Shown here: piece after piece, positions 1 through 12,990 of the stretch
How positions within the stretch are numbered: position 1 is the stretch's first letter
Layout of the letters: each line of letters opens with the position of its first letter
Source: Lama glama
Taxonomy: Eukaryota
DNA: 64,000 bases
Direction of reading: 5' to 3'
Assembly: GCA_028534125.1 (NCBI GenBank)
Contig: CM052817.1
Coordinates: 86,864,001-86,928,000 of the forward strand
Notes under the pieces: model-generated
What the model saw: the letters and a program-made list of their open reading frames with translations, nothing else
Told to the model about the DNA's origin: nothing
Databases searched by the model: none
Position numbers and translations under genes: made by a program

Positions 1-869
1 CCTAAAGCAGTATCCGAAGCTAAACAAAGTATTTATTTAAAATACTTAGTGTCGCTCCAATTCTTAACAGTAAAAATGGCAACTTTATGATTAGATCATT
101 TAAGATATTAATTATTTCTAATATCCACAAAACATTTTATTGAAATATGCCTGTGACTTCAAAGTTACAATTCCCTCTGCCATTTCCCACTTCTTCACCT
201 ACTTAACCCATGGTCTTCATTCCAGACAGTGTTCACGCGTTACTTGATGTAAAAGAGTGTTACCTGGCTTAACCTAATCTAACATACATATTCTATGCTA
301 CAATATAGGAGGTCCTGTAGCACTCTCAAAGCACTTTTGTTACTTTTGGAATATAAAATAAAGTTAAGACACACATAGAAACTTCCATTTCCAGGAATAC
401 GGCTGAGAGGTAGCTTTGTTTATGGTCAATAGGAAACGGCTGGCTAGGTATGAGGAACCTCTTTAACCAAAAATCACTAAAAATGAATTTAAAAGATGAT
501 AAAATACAATTTTCTGGCCCAAATCCAAGTGAGAGTAAATGGTTTTGGAAAGCAGATCCAACCCAAAGAATTGATTATTCCTGAAGTTACATTTGCCATG
601 AGAGCATTTCTTAACCCTGGGGCCTTGAACTTCAGGTTTTTCTGCTGAGGCAGCACATCACCAGAAACCAAATGCAGGCTATGTTCCCCAGGGGCTGCAG
701 AATGGAGATCTACTCACCATAAATGTGGGATCCTAAAGGCACCCTTCAATGTAACGATACAGCAAACTCATCTGCCCCACCACTCACTGCCAGAAGCCTG
801 CCAGGAACTGCACTACCTTCAGCAAGTCTGGAGGAGGAAGGACGAGGGGCCACAGGCGCGTAAGCAACA

Positions 870-1085
870 GACCTAAACTGCTTGGGATTCATTATTCTAG
901 CATATTAATTTCACATTCGTGACACACTAGAAACTAAGGTTCACTGAGCAACCGCAGTTATCCTTCCTTTAATAAACGGGAAATGTAAAGCAAGGCAGGA
1001 TACAGTGCTTTGCTCAATGTCACAAAGCCAGCAAATGGCAGAGCGGAAACTATCCAAGGCAGCAATCTTTCTGAACTATTAAACT
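870..1085 (-). mobile_element. MIR SINE fragment(s), decayed
   Basis: MIR-core-like 'ggaaatgtaaagcaaggcagga...ttgctcaatgtcacaaagccagcaaatggcagagc'. Boundaries approximate. Confidence 0.55.
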
Positions 1086-2384
1086 GCCTCCCAGTTTCAT
1101 GTTGCTGCCACAAATGTCACTTGAAAATTCTGATTGCCAAAGTCGTAACTCAAAAGGTTGTATTCCTACACTCCAGATTTTATGGAATGAAAATGTCATG
1201 GTGAGGGTGTATGTGAGTACTGAACTGCTTTCAGATTCCCATGGTGGTTTTCTGCTGCTAAATCCAAGTATCTACACATTTTATAGACAACATTCATAAA
1301 ATATAATGTTTGAATTAGGATAATGGAATAAAGAAAAAGTTAAAAATAAAGGGCACATTATATTATTTCTGTATTTTCTATTTTATAGATACGGATGGTA
1401 CCTAATAGCATACGTAATAGATGTGTGCATATATGTATATATGGTAAGATTTGTTGAGTTTCTTTATAAAACTTTAAAGGGCCCACTTCTTTCTTTATTC
1501 CATTTTTTCAATCCTATATCTGTTTTAAAGGAATCTGTAATATCATGGGAACATTCCAATATGGACAAGTTCTTAAAAGAGGGAAACAAAAAAATTTCTC
1601 TTAAATGCAAAGACTAAACAATAATATCACTCCTACTACTAAAGGGTAAGGCCAAAATGGAAATCAAGTTAGAAGAGTTTGAGGTAAAATGAGAAATAAA
1701 ACGAGTTAAGACAGTTTACTCGAAATGCTCACTGTGGTTAATCTAAACAATCCTGGTCTAAAATTATGAATTAACTTAGATCCAACAGGAAGTAAAACAC
1801 AGGCACAACAGAAGAGGGAAAACCTCTAACCCCTCTGAATTATAACCCAGCATTGTAACCTATCTGTGTGCAAAACCAAAATCAACCCTTCCCACTACGT
1901 GTTTTATTTGACCTGTCAGTAGTCCTTTGACCATTTGTAAATTAATCAAAAATTAAGGAATTGTCTCATATTCTGAAATACCTTGCTCCTTCTGTAACAG
2001 ACATTTAAGAGCAGGGGAGCAGGGTAGTTTAACCATAACATCTGAAACATGTCAATTGTTTGAATTGTTTGAATATCACTCTCATACAATGACCTCCCTG
2101 TGTGGTAGCTATTGTTCCCTTTACTCTGACATGAACTTGGAACAACATGTGGCAGCAATCCAATGATTCTAAAAACATTCTCTCTTTAACTTCTCATATG
2201 TAAAAATGTTTTCTTACAGGACCACACGTAATACTTTGTCATGAGTTTGCCTCATTAAAAAACTGCATGTACTTAACATATCTTTCTGTGTGGCTGCAAG
2301 CCACTTTCCATGTTCACAGACTACCTGATAATATATTTCTAGTAATAAATACAACTAGATACCAAAATAAAAAATTTTAATTAA

Positions 2385-3170
2385 ATTCAATTATTTATTT
2401 ACCATATTACAAATGCATACTGTTCATTCACTATGTCCCAAGCATTGAGCTAGTTACCTTGGACAAAACTGCAAAAAGCGAAGACAAGAATCCTTTGGTA
2501 ATTCACAGCCAAGCAGAGAACACAGACATGAAGCCTGTGACAGATGCTTTGAGGGGCAGTGCAGGGCACTAGAGGGGTAAATAACAGGGGCTCTTCACCC
2601 GGCTAAGACTCCATGAAATAATTCCTAAAAGGTAATAAATAAGATATAATTTGAAGAATGAGTAACAATTAGGCTCTAAGAGGATCCGGAGAAATGGAAA
2701 CAACTTATGGTAAATAAGCAAAATGTGAGCAGGTTTGTTCAAGGAAATCCAAGGAAAGTTAGGTATGTTTGGAGCACAGAATAAAAGAAGAAATCAAACT
2801 GGACAGGGAATCTTACGCCAGGTGATATAGGACTCTGTAGGCCATGCTAATGTTTTGAAGTTTTGTGTTAAGCATAATGAAAAGTTTTTGAATCATTTTG
2901 ATTCAAGAAGGATATGATCAGTTTGCATTTTTCAAAGATCAATTGAGTTTCATGTTATAAATTAACTAGAAAGTAGACATTTGGGAGACTGATGAGGAGT
3001 TATGAAGCTATCATAATAGTCAAGTTAAGATATGGATGTTGGCACTGGAGGTAGATAAAAGTGGAATGGTTTCAGGACTACTCCAGAGCAAGAATAAATC
3101 CAATTTGGTGGCCAGTTGGAGGTACGGGTGAGAGGGGCATGAGAAACCAGCCCAGACTGTAAATGAAGGG
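2385..3170 (-). mobile_element. L2 LINE 3' portion
   Basis: Antisense L2 motifs 'ttcattcactatgtcccaagc', 'gtaggccatgctaa...ttttg', 'gatatgatcagtttgcatttttcaaagatc'. Confidence 0.7.
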
Positions 3171-4584
3171 ATTAGCTTTGGATAAGAAGTGACTCCTCCT
3201 CCATTCTAAGTAAATGGTGATAGAGATGGTAGAGGTGGAAATTTAGGCCTACTGTCAAAAAAGTGTAATAAGTTTGTTAGATGGTTTCTATTTTTCAGGG
3301 ATACAGAGTCACAAGAATGAATTATCTTACATAACATTTCCAGAGGAACTGAAAAATATTACCATGATAGGGTACAGCTCAGAAAAGCACGTCATAACGC
3401 CCACTTCATTTATGATAACGTAAGCAGCTGATCTGATCTTAATGATCTACTGAAATAAAAAATTTTTGATGATGTTTATATGCAAAGCATATTCTGGGTT
3501 TGAGGTTATAGGAGAAAAGAGTTACGTGTTCCTTTTGGCCCTCAAAACTAGTTTTAATGTTTTCTCTAAACAAAGTTATGCAGTTATACAGTGAAAGTAT
3601 TGAAAGAAGATTGAGTAATCTAGTTTAAGCTTGAGTCTTTAGTACATTATAAGATAAGCTTTCTTACAAATTACAGAACCACCTTTGGAAACACAATTAA
3701 ATTGCACAGCATTTTAATTTAGAAGTATAACTTGGAAATAGCCTAATTTCTACCAACTTCTTAAACTATCGCACAGAATGATATAAAACTGACTCAAAAG
3801 TAAAACTAATATCAACTCGTCTTAATGGAAAGACTCAACCAGCAATCGTGCACAATTGATCTGCACGACTATCAGGGAGGTGAAGATTCCCTGGTATACA
3901 GTCTTGGAGTAACAATTACACAACTCTGGGAATTAGGCTTAAATCAGAAATCAACTGACATAAACAGCATGCTGTTCTCTGAAAACAAGTAAATTATTTC
4001 AGGAGTATAAGTGAATGTATTAACTCACATACCCTGGATTAACACTCCTGTTAACAATGTTCAGAGAAAAATGTTTTGAGATTTAATTTTCAAAGCTTTA
4101 AAATGAGAAAAGTATTTTGCAGCTTTATCACAAGGATCAGCTACATGGAATGCATACTAACATGACTCATCAGTCATAGCACATCACACTTTATTTCTAT
4201 TGGGCACATTTATTCAACATAAAGAGATCAAGCAGAGAAAGTAAATGACAAATGCTTCTTCAGACACCATTTGACCCAGCAAGTGTTAGACTCTGCTGGC
4301 AAATCACAGTGGCTGTAAATAATAGAGTTAATTGCAGGCCTTTTTTCTGTTTCAAAAACTCAGTTGTGCTCATCAAGATTAAAAAAAAGAAAAAAGTCCA
4401 GCAGTGATTATTATATTAGTAAGCAATTTCCATGTTGCTCATCATTACTGTTGTTTATCAAAACTAAGCATGCTGCTCCGACAGAGCCGGGATGGGGTGC
4501 ATGAAACCTTTAGTTTTGAACTCAGGGCCATTAGGTATCAATCTAAAGGGACACACTTAGCATACAGTGACTGGATTCCCCAAC

Positions 4585-4760
4585 CCACTGGTTTGCAACT
4601 CTGGCTGTGTATAATTGTTACCTTCCAAATCCCAGTTCCCAGGTCCCATCCACAGCTAACTACATGGGAATCTTTGGAAGTAGACCCTTGGCTTCAGGAT
4701 TTTTCAAAAATACCCCTAGATGATTCTCATGCGCATCCAGGTTGACAACCAATGGTCTAT
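4585..4760. mobile_element. MER5-like hAT-Charlie DNA transposon remnant
   Basis: 'ggtttgcaactctggctg...ccctagatgattctcatgcgcatccaggttgacaaccaatgg' resembles MER5A ends. Confidence 0.6.
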
Positions 4761-7199
4761 AATACTCTTCTCTTTCTTAAAATAATCTAATAGAGACCTT
4801 TGAGGCTGTGTGGTCACTAAAACATTATCAGTATTTCTTCCTTTATAAAGCACTCAGCTAGATCTATTCTTAACCAAAAGTGCCTAATAGTCAGCTAGAG
4901 CTGCACACTTACTGAATAGTGAACCCAAGAGTTCCACAAAAGGTAAGAGCTGCCAGCGGGCAGAGGTTTGTTTATTCCAGCTACTGTGTATCCTGAAGCT
5001 CATCTTTCAAAGTATGAAAATATATGATGTGCTATCTTCACATACAGTTTGCAGCAGTATTGAAGAAATCCCAATTATTTTATTACATGAGTGATCACAA
5101 AAGCTGTCCTTCTCAAAAGATGACAGAAAAACACTGAAACCTATCTTTGTTTTTACAGACCAGCAATGATTTTAAAAAATAGAGTTCATCTACTAACCAG
5201 TGTATTCACTGTCAATAAGTATTGACAGCAGACAAAACGCCACCATCAAAAGTCTGAATCACTGGCCCAAACGTATGCTGTTTCTTCATTTTAGGGACTT
5301 GCCTGCTGAGCAGACTTTGCAAAACCATTAACGAGCATGACATCTATAAAGAAAAGAGAGTAGATAAGAGAGACATCTAATTAAGGAGAAGAAAGATATG
5401 GAAAGTGGAAACTTATAAACCCTACAAAAAGAGAAAGCAATACCTTAAATCCAAGTGGCACATAGAGCACTTAAGAGTAAGACCTCTGATAAAAAAACAC
5501 AGAAATTAATCAAAAAGCCATTTCCAATCCAGGCTGTAATGATGTGCTAACATATCTCACGTCATCTAATATGTTTTGCCTTTCCTAGTATGTGTTCTGA
5601 ATCTATCCTGGTAGGAGTTAAAAATGAGCCATTTTGTAATCTGAGCCTCTCTGGAGAAACACCAGAGTGAATATGGCTCATATTTATGACTGCTGAATAT
5701 TTTAATTTCTACTTCAAGTAGAAAAATATCAAGATTTTGCCGTATTTCCAGAAATAAGATGTGGATAAAAAGTAAGGTCACTATGTAGAGGAAGAGAGAA
5801 AGGGCTAAATTGGAGAACTGATTAATTTTGTTGTTCATGGAGTGATTTTCAATATTGGTTTTGACATGTCCTACAAAAAGATTGCTTTATTGAAGTCATT
5901 ATTTTTTAACAATCCAAAGCAATTCTTTTTTATGGAAATCTCTGTAAATAAACTATATGTGAATTTGATAGTATGCTTTGTTTATTATTACAGCAAAATC
6001 TTAACAATACTAGTAAACACTTACATGTATGGACAATTTCAGTGTTCAAATCACTTTACGTATTAATCCAACTCTTAAAAAGAACAAAAATTAATATATT
6101 TTCTCAATTTTTAAATGACATAGAATGATTGAGTAACTTGCCCAAACTGACAAAGCTACGTAACAGGATTCAAACTGAGACATCTCAAATCGTGAACAGC
6201 AGAGCAAGTATGCAAATAGTCTAGACCTCAGAATTGCTCTTCTGTTTTATTGTTGTTGTAAAAATCAAATTCAGTAAAGAAACAGTAAAGGCCAACTTCT
6301 TTTTGACATTCTTAAAAACCAATTCCACACTCAGAGGATACACTGTAGAGATTTGGGAAGGCAGAGCAAGAACGCACTGTCATTTTGCTAGCTGCCCTGC
6401 CTCTACCAGTTCCCAAACCTGACAGTTAGATATGTAGTCAGTTTGCTTTAGACAGATCCCTAATTATCACAATGAGTTTCATAGAACTCTAAAATAACTG
6501 TAATTTGAATTTTAAATACTTAAAATAATTACATGTCATATAGTTTTGGGGGACAGAAAGGGGTTTCATGCTATAAACTGTAAAGTTGGAGGTTTCAGCC
6601 CATCCAAAATGCCAGAAATAATTATTGCAGAATTTCAGCTAAAATTAACCAAGAGCAACACGTCTTCTCTTAGATTTGATAGAGAGCATTGATAGAATCA
6701 AATCCAGCTTTCCATTTGGTATATAAATCTCTTTTAAAAAATTTAATACAAGAAGTGTTTGAAGTCTCTTGGCAAGACACTTCAATGGAGTGCACTGTTC
6801 TAGTCAGTGTTCATTCACAGTGATGGGGTCCTTATTTGATGTGTACTTTGCCAGCTACTTTGAAATTGCAAATAACAAAACAGAGAATTGACCAGGCAAG
6901 GCAATACTCATCCAAAGAGCCTTTATAACTTGCTGCCAATAGCAACATATCTTGAAAGGCTAGAAACAAACTTCACTCAAACATTTTCATTATTAAATAC
7001 AGTATTAATCCAGTACTAAGTTTCTTAGAGTATACTGCATAGGTTCAAAATAGTTAAATTTACAATGATCTCCATAGCTTTATTTTTTCTTCAGTTATAA
7101 AAGTTTGCTTTATATAAGGAAGAACATACTTGTAGATTGAAATATACTTGTAAATTGAAATACTTCAAAGTAAGTCAAAGACTGAAGTAATCATACCAC

Positions 7200-8065
7200 A
7201 GGACCTCTGGCTTCAGTGGTGACATGTAAACAGCCTGGAAGTTGTCACTGCTGCCCTCACAATGACAATAACAACAATAATGGAGAAACAGAAAAACAAT
7301 GACTTTTCTTGGACACATCAGAGAACTGAAGCAGCAGGGCAAAAAGCCACTGAAAAACATGCAGAGAGATGAGTCCAGAGTCACAGCTGAGATCAGCTCC
7401 CTTGGAACATAAATTGCTGGAAATATAAATTGATGGGGTATCTAATGATAATTTTAATGGCATGCTGGAAGCTGACTGTTGATTAGCATGAGAATAACAA
7501 AATCCTGAGGGACAAAGTCTTAGAGAAGCCCACAGATTTTTGTGAGTTTCCCCTCCAGGAATCTCCCCCTCCCCGAGTTCTCACAGTGGAGAGCCAAAAA
7601 TGTGCCTTCATGGCTCCGGTGAGGGGAGGGGAAATGTAAATATTTTGGAATAATCCAAGTGTGTTCTCCATAACAAGGTGTACACTCCAGAGGAAAAGGC
7701 TTTACTAGAGCTGTACCCTAAATAAGGGAAAGGGATTTCCCCAATTACCGGCTCCTCTAGGCTTCTGATCTCACCTACTGTGTGTGTGGGGGGGGGGGGG
7801 GAATAAACTGCATAAGCACTAGGTTATAGAACATCCCCCTCCCTCACCTTTTCCACACCAACAGGGTTTCAGCTGAATAATGATGGATTAGAGCTAAGAG
7901 AGCACCAGGACCCAAACTATCTAAGGAGGAATTATTAAGAAAGACCAAGGACCACAGAAAACGCAAGAAGCAGGACAGCAAAGGAAGGAATCAGAAGGCT
8001 TGGAACCTACAACTCCAGAAAAAGTTAAAAACAACCCAACTTCAAACTAGATAAACACAAATTTT
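7200..8065 (+). mobile_element. Old L1 (L1M) 5' region, decayed
   Basis: Begins 'gacctctggcttcagtggtgacatgtaaacagcctggaagttgtcactg', resembling old L1M 5' ends, and abuts L1 ORF2 sequence. Confidence 0.5.
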
Positions 8066-9274
8066 CACCATGTCCAGATGTTTTTGACAATGAATGCTAT
8101 CAAAATTTTAAAGATGAATGTTGCCAATTCTACCCAATCTCTTCCAGAAAATAAGGAAGAGAAAACTTTCTAACTCTTTTTATGAGACCAGCATTACCCT
8201 ACCAGCAAAATCAGATAAATCTATTACAAGAAAGAAACACTACAGATCACTATCTGTCATGAACATAGCTATAGTATATGTACCACGAAATATTAAGATA
8301 TCACATCCAGCATTCTGCAAGAAGAATGATGTACCACAAGCAAGTAAGAATGATTTCTGGCAAACAAGGCTGTTTCAACATTCAAATATAAATTAGTATA
8401 AGCTCTCACATCTACAGGCTAAGGGAGAAAATCATATAATCATATTATTCAATACAGAAAAAGCATTTAACAAAATCTAATACCCATTCATGATAAACTC
8501 TGTCCTGATGACCTCACTTATCCGTGGAATCTAAAAGACAAAAAGGGAAATGAGGGGTCCTTTTTAACTGAATGGAAATGGAAACATAGCTTATCAGAAT
8601 GTCTAGAATGCCAATAAAGAAGTGAAAACTTAAATTTAAAGTCCTGTCAAAAAAGAAGAGGTTTCAAATAAATGTTCTCAGCTTCTACCTTAAGAAACTA
8701 CAATTTGAAGGGGAAATTAAGTCCATAGTTACCAGGAGAGATAATAAAAATCAAGAAAGGAATGGAGAAGAAAATAAACAAACAAGAAAACACCAGAGAA
8801 AGTAAATGTAATCCAACTCTGGTTCTTTGAGTGATATATAAAATCAATTAACTTCTAGCCAACCTTATCAAGAAAAATGAGAGAAGACACAAATTATTAG
8901 TATCAGAAGTGAGACAGGTAACATCACAATGGATTTTACACAGATTGAAAGGTAAGAAATTATCAATGATCTTGTGCCATTTGATTCAACAATTTAGATT
9001 AGTGGAAAAATTCCTTGAAAGATTATATAATATCAAAGCTCAGTCATGAAGAAATAAATACATAGATCTGCATTTATTAAGCAAATTGAATTTGTAGTTA
9101 AAAATCTTCCCACACAGAGAAAAGCCCAGGACCTGGTGGTTTTTCTGGAAAATTTTACCCAATATTTAAGAAGAAATAATACCAACACAATGTGGTACTG
9201 TCATTCAGTTATAAAAATAGATCAGTGGCATAGAATAGAGAGACTACAGATAGACCCATTTATATGGTCAACTG

Positions 9275-9752
9275 TGTGAATGAAGAATACTGCAAACCAT
9301 TATCAGTAAACAAAGAATGCTGAAATCACCAAATCATCAGAGGCTGCCGCCACCCCCCAGCGAAGACAAGCCTGCAGCCCAGCCTCTGCAGCCACGCACA
9401 TTGGTGCACCCTGAGGGGACTCAGAATAAGAAAGGACAGGATACTGGCCCTAGATAGCTAGGTGCTTGTCAAAGGAATGAATTCAATGAGCCCAGATGTT
9501 TGCTTCCTCCCATACACAGAAAAGCGCTAAATTCTTTAACTTGAGATGCCTGATTTTCTTCAGATAATAAGTAATCTTTTATTGTTCCAACTACCTGATC
9601 TTTGTTGTAAAGCTCCTATATATCCTAGCTTCTCCTCTACCTCTTCGGAGCAGTCCCTCAGAGCCATCTGAGAGGCTGTCAACCCGGCTCGAGTCCTCCC
9701 GCCAAATAAAACAACTCTCAACTTTTATGCTGCAGATTTATTTCAGTTGACA
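9275..9752 (+). mobile_element. Solo LTR (ERV1-like), copy 1
   Basis: TG...CA termini (tgtgaatg...cagttgaca), TATA-like tatatat at 9617-9623, AATAAA at 9705-9710, near-perfect 4-bp TSD actg/acag. The flanks rejoin to continuous L1 ORF2 sequence. Confidence 0.9.
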
Positions 9753-9995
9753 ACAGATTTTTGAAAAACTTGCAAAGACAATTCAAAAGTAAAAGGGTAA
9801 TCTTTTCACCTCATTTCACTGGAAAAAGTTTCAATCCATATCTAGCATCATATAAAAACTGAATTAAAATATATCTTATATGTAAATATAAAACCTAAAA
9901 TTAAAATTTGTAGGAGAAAACATTGGAGAAAATATTTGTGTATTTGAGTTAGGCCAACCTTTTTTAATATGACATCAAAAAATCAAAATTTGTAC

Positions 9996-10489
9996 TGTCA
10001 ACTGAAATAAATGCACAGCCTAAAAGTTGAGAGTTATGCTTTATTTAGCGGACATTTCTGAGGACTCAAATCCCTTGGAGACCAGGATGACAGCCTCTCA
10101 GATCGCCCTGAGGGATTCTCCTAAGAGATAGGGGAGGAGCTAGGATATATAGGAATTTTACAAGGACCAGGTAGTTGTAACATTAAAAGATTACTTACTA
10201 ACTGAAGAAAACCAGACAACTCAAGTTAAAGAATTTAGTGCTTTTCTATGTATGGGAGGGAGCAAACATTTGGGCTCATTGTATTCATTCCTTCGACAAG
10301 CACCTAGCTATCTAGGGCTAGTATCCTGCCCTTTTGTATTCTGAGTCCCCTCAGGGTGCACCATTGTGAGTGGCTGCAGAGGCTGGGCTGCAGGCTTGTC
10401 TCTGCTAGGGGGTGGTGGCAGCCGCTGATGACTTGATGGCTTCAGCAATCTTAGTTTACTGATATGGTCTGCAGTATTTTTCGTTCACA
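9996..10489 (-). mobile_element. Solo LTR (ERV1-like), copy 2, same family, inverted
   Basis: Closely similar to the reverse complement of copy 1. Minus-strand AATAAA at 10040-10045, TATA-like at ~10145-10151, own TSD gtac/gtgc. Confidence 0.9.
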
Positions 10490-11599
10490 GTGCTTTATGA
10501 AAATTTAAAACTTCCCCTCTTCATACAACACTGATAAGAGAACGAAAAGACAAGCTACAGTTTGGAAAAAACTATTTGTGACTATATATGTAATAAGGGA
10601 CTTGCATCCAAAATATATAAAGAACTCACACTGATTAGTAAGAAGGCAAACAATTCAAGAAATAAATGGACAAAATATTTGAATGGACACTTTGCTGAAG
10701 AAAATATAGGGATGAAAAATAAGCATATACAACAATGTTCAACATGATTAGAAAAATGAAAAGTAAAACCACAATGAAATACTACTACACACCCTTAGAA
10801 AGGCTATCCATTCCAAGTACTGGTAAGGAAGTGGAGCAGCTAGAACTCTCATACACCAGTAATGTAAATGGAAAATGGTACTGCCACTTTGGAAAGTGTG
10901 ACCGTTTCTTACGAAGTTAAAACACTTACCACATAACCCAGCCATAAAATTGCCAGGCTCTTTCCAAGACAGATGAAAGCATATGTCCGTACAAAGATTT
11001 GTGCGTGGATAGTCATAGCATGCATATGATAGCCCCATACTGGAAATGACCAAATGTACAATAGGTGACTGATAAAATAAACTACAGTATATCCACATAA
11101 TGGAATACTACTCAGGAACAAATGGAACAAACTTGTGATATATACAAAACCTGAATTTTCAAAATAACTATGTGGAATGAAACAGGCCAGATAAACAAGA
11201 GGTAATATAAACAATGTAAACATACTATATATTTTCATTTATGTAAAATTTTAGAATATGAAAAATAAATACTATTGACAGAAAGCAGGTAAGTAGTTGC
11301 CTTGAGGTGTGGTGAAGGGTTGGGAGGGGTAGGAAGAAGGTACAAATAGAAGCATAAGGAAATTTAAGGGCTGCTGGCTGTATTTAGTATTTTGAGAGTG
11401 ATGATTTCCAAGGACATACATATTCCAAAACCGTCAAATAATGCACTTTAAATATGCACAGTTTACTGTGAGTCGATTATACCTCGATAGAGTTAAAAAA
11501 AAAAAACTTTGTCAGGACACGTTCTTTTAGCTATATTTCTTATCCTCTTCATAAGATTTATATCTTGCAAGAGTTGGTATTTTCTTCCTGTATTTCTTT

Positions 11600-12675
11600 C
11601 CCTCACCTTGTGTTCAACCCTGAACCCAAGCCATCTGGCTTCCACCCCAAGCTTCTGTCAAAATCCTTCCCAGTAAGTAACCAATGGCTTCTCTATTATT
11701 CTAAATGACTTTTTCATTTTCTGTCTCACTGGACTTCTCAACAGCATTCAACATTCTTTACCTTCCTTTTTTCATCAAACCCTCTGTTTTGTTACTAAAC
11801 AAAAATTCCATCAGGGTTTCACCTATGTTGTGGCCAATCGCATTCTCTAACGTTGGCTCAGTCTTCCTAATCTGTTCATTAAACGTCACTGTTCCTATGA
11901 ATTAGACATAACCCCCTCTGGCTTTTTTCGGTTCTTAATCTTCAACCACATTTATTTTAGTCAGCAGCTCTCTACTCCAAATGATTTCACAGCCTAGAGC
12001 CCTCCTCTGAATTCTAGCCCTCTATGACATACATATGTCTACTTGGGGTATATAAAAATACCTCAACTTTTTTAACCGTATGTTTCTATCCCCTTTTGTT
12101 TTCTACAATGCAGCCAGGGCAGTGTTTTAAAAATAAAAATCCCATTCCCCAGCTCACTCTGGAAAACACATCACAGCCTTCCCAACGATCTCAGGTTAAA
12201 ATGTAAACATTCAGCAAGATTTAAAAAGTCAAATTACCCTTACCTACTTGTGGACCATCTTATACACCCTACTCCTAATTCTTTGAATTCCTGATGCCTT
12301 GTTTGAATCACAAGAACATTGCTTTCTCTCACACAAGGCTTCTGTATGCTTTTCTTACTGGTCGGCACTCAATCCCAAGCCTTCTCTGCTTTTCATCTTT
12401 TTCAACTGTCCTCCTCAGATCTCAGCTCAAATGAATTATCATTAGGAAAGATTTTTGATTTCCTGTTACCTGATCTGGAACCAGCCTGTTTCCTTTTCCC
12501 TTGGCACTCTTAACACATTTTGATTATAAACTGATACATTTGCTTAGGGGTGATGTACTCCACTAACCTGAAAACCCCAAAAGGCCACAACCATATCTAT
12601 TTTGCTCTTTACTGTTTCCTCATAGCCATGAACAGCGCCTGACACGTAGAAGGTAAGTGAATAAACAAATTAACA
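11600..12675 (+). mobile_element. L2 LINE 3' portion
   Basis: 'tctggcttccacccca', 'cttctcaacagcattcaac', and a 3' end 'cagcgcctgacacgtagaagg...gaataaacaaat'. Confidence 0.7.
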
Positions 12676-12739
12676 TTGTGTGTGCTGTAGAAAGAATTAT
12701 TACAGTTGACTTTTAATAACTTTTATAGGACACAATATT

Positions 12740-12990
12740 ATAGTCTAGAAAGTACAGGCTTGGAGACAAGAAATTAGAGGATCAAATTTAGCCTCCACTA
12801 TTTTTTATTGGTGTGACTTTAGATAATTTATTCAACTTTCTCGGCCTAAATTTCCTCATCTCTATAATGGGTATAATTAATAATAGCTCTCCCTCGAGGT
12901 TTCTATGTTTATTACATAAAATGATCAATACAAAACTCCCAAAAGAGAGCCTGTAAAACTGTACGGCCAGTACAACTTAAATATTATTAT
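12740..12990 (+). mobile_element. MIR SINE
   Basis: 'gtgtgactttagataattt...tttcctcatctctataatgggtataat' MIR core. Confidence 0.75.

Larger units (their letters stand above)
8070..11506 (+). mobile_element. L1 (L1MB/MC/MD-like) ORF2 fragments plus 3' UTR and poly(A), interrupted by two LTRs
   Basis: The ORF track gives degenerate ORF2 peptides ('LSNSFYETSITLPAKSDK', 'EKTICDYICNKGLASKIYKEL'). The 3' end reads 'tatgcacagtttactgtgagtcgattatacctcgatagag' followed by an A-tail at ~11494-11506. Confidence 0.85.

Noticed and set aside
718..897. Possible minus-strand exon ending at donor ATG|GTGAGT (718/717)
   Set aside because: No convincing polypyrimidine acceptor upstream.
9275..10489. Full provirus or DNA transposon with long terminal inverted repeats
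   Set aside because: Proviral LTRs are direct repeats. Each copy has its own TSD and the spacer is host L1 sequence.
8118..11238. ORFs with L1 ORF2-like peptides (also 35350-35753)
   Set aside because: Short, frame-broken remnants of dead L1 copies, not host genes.
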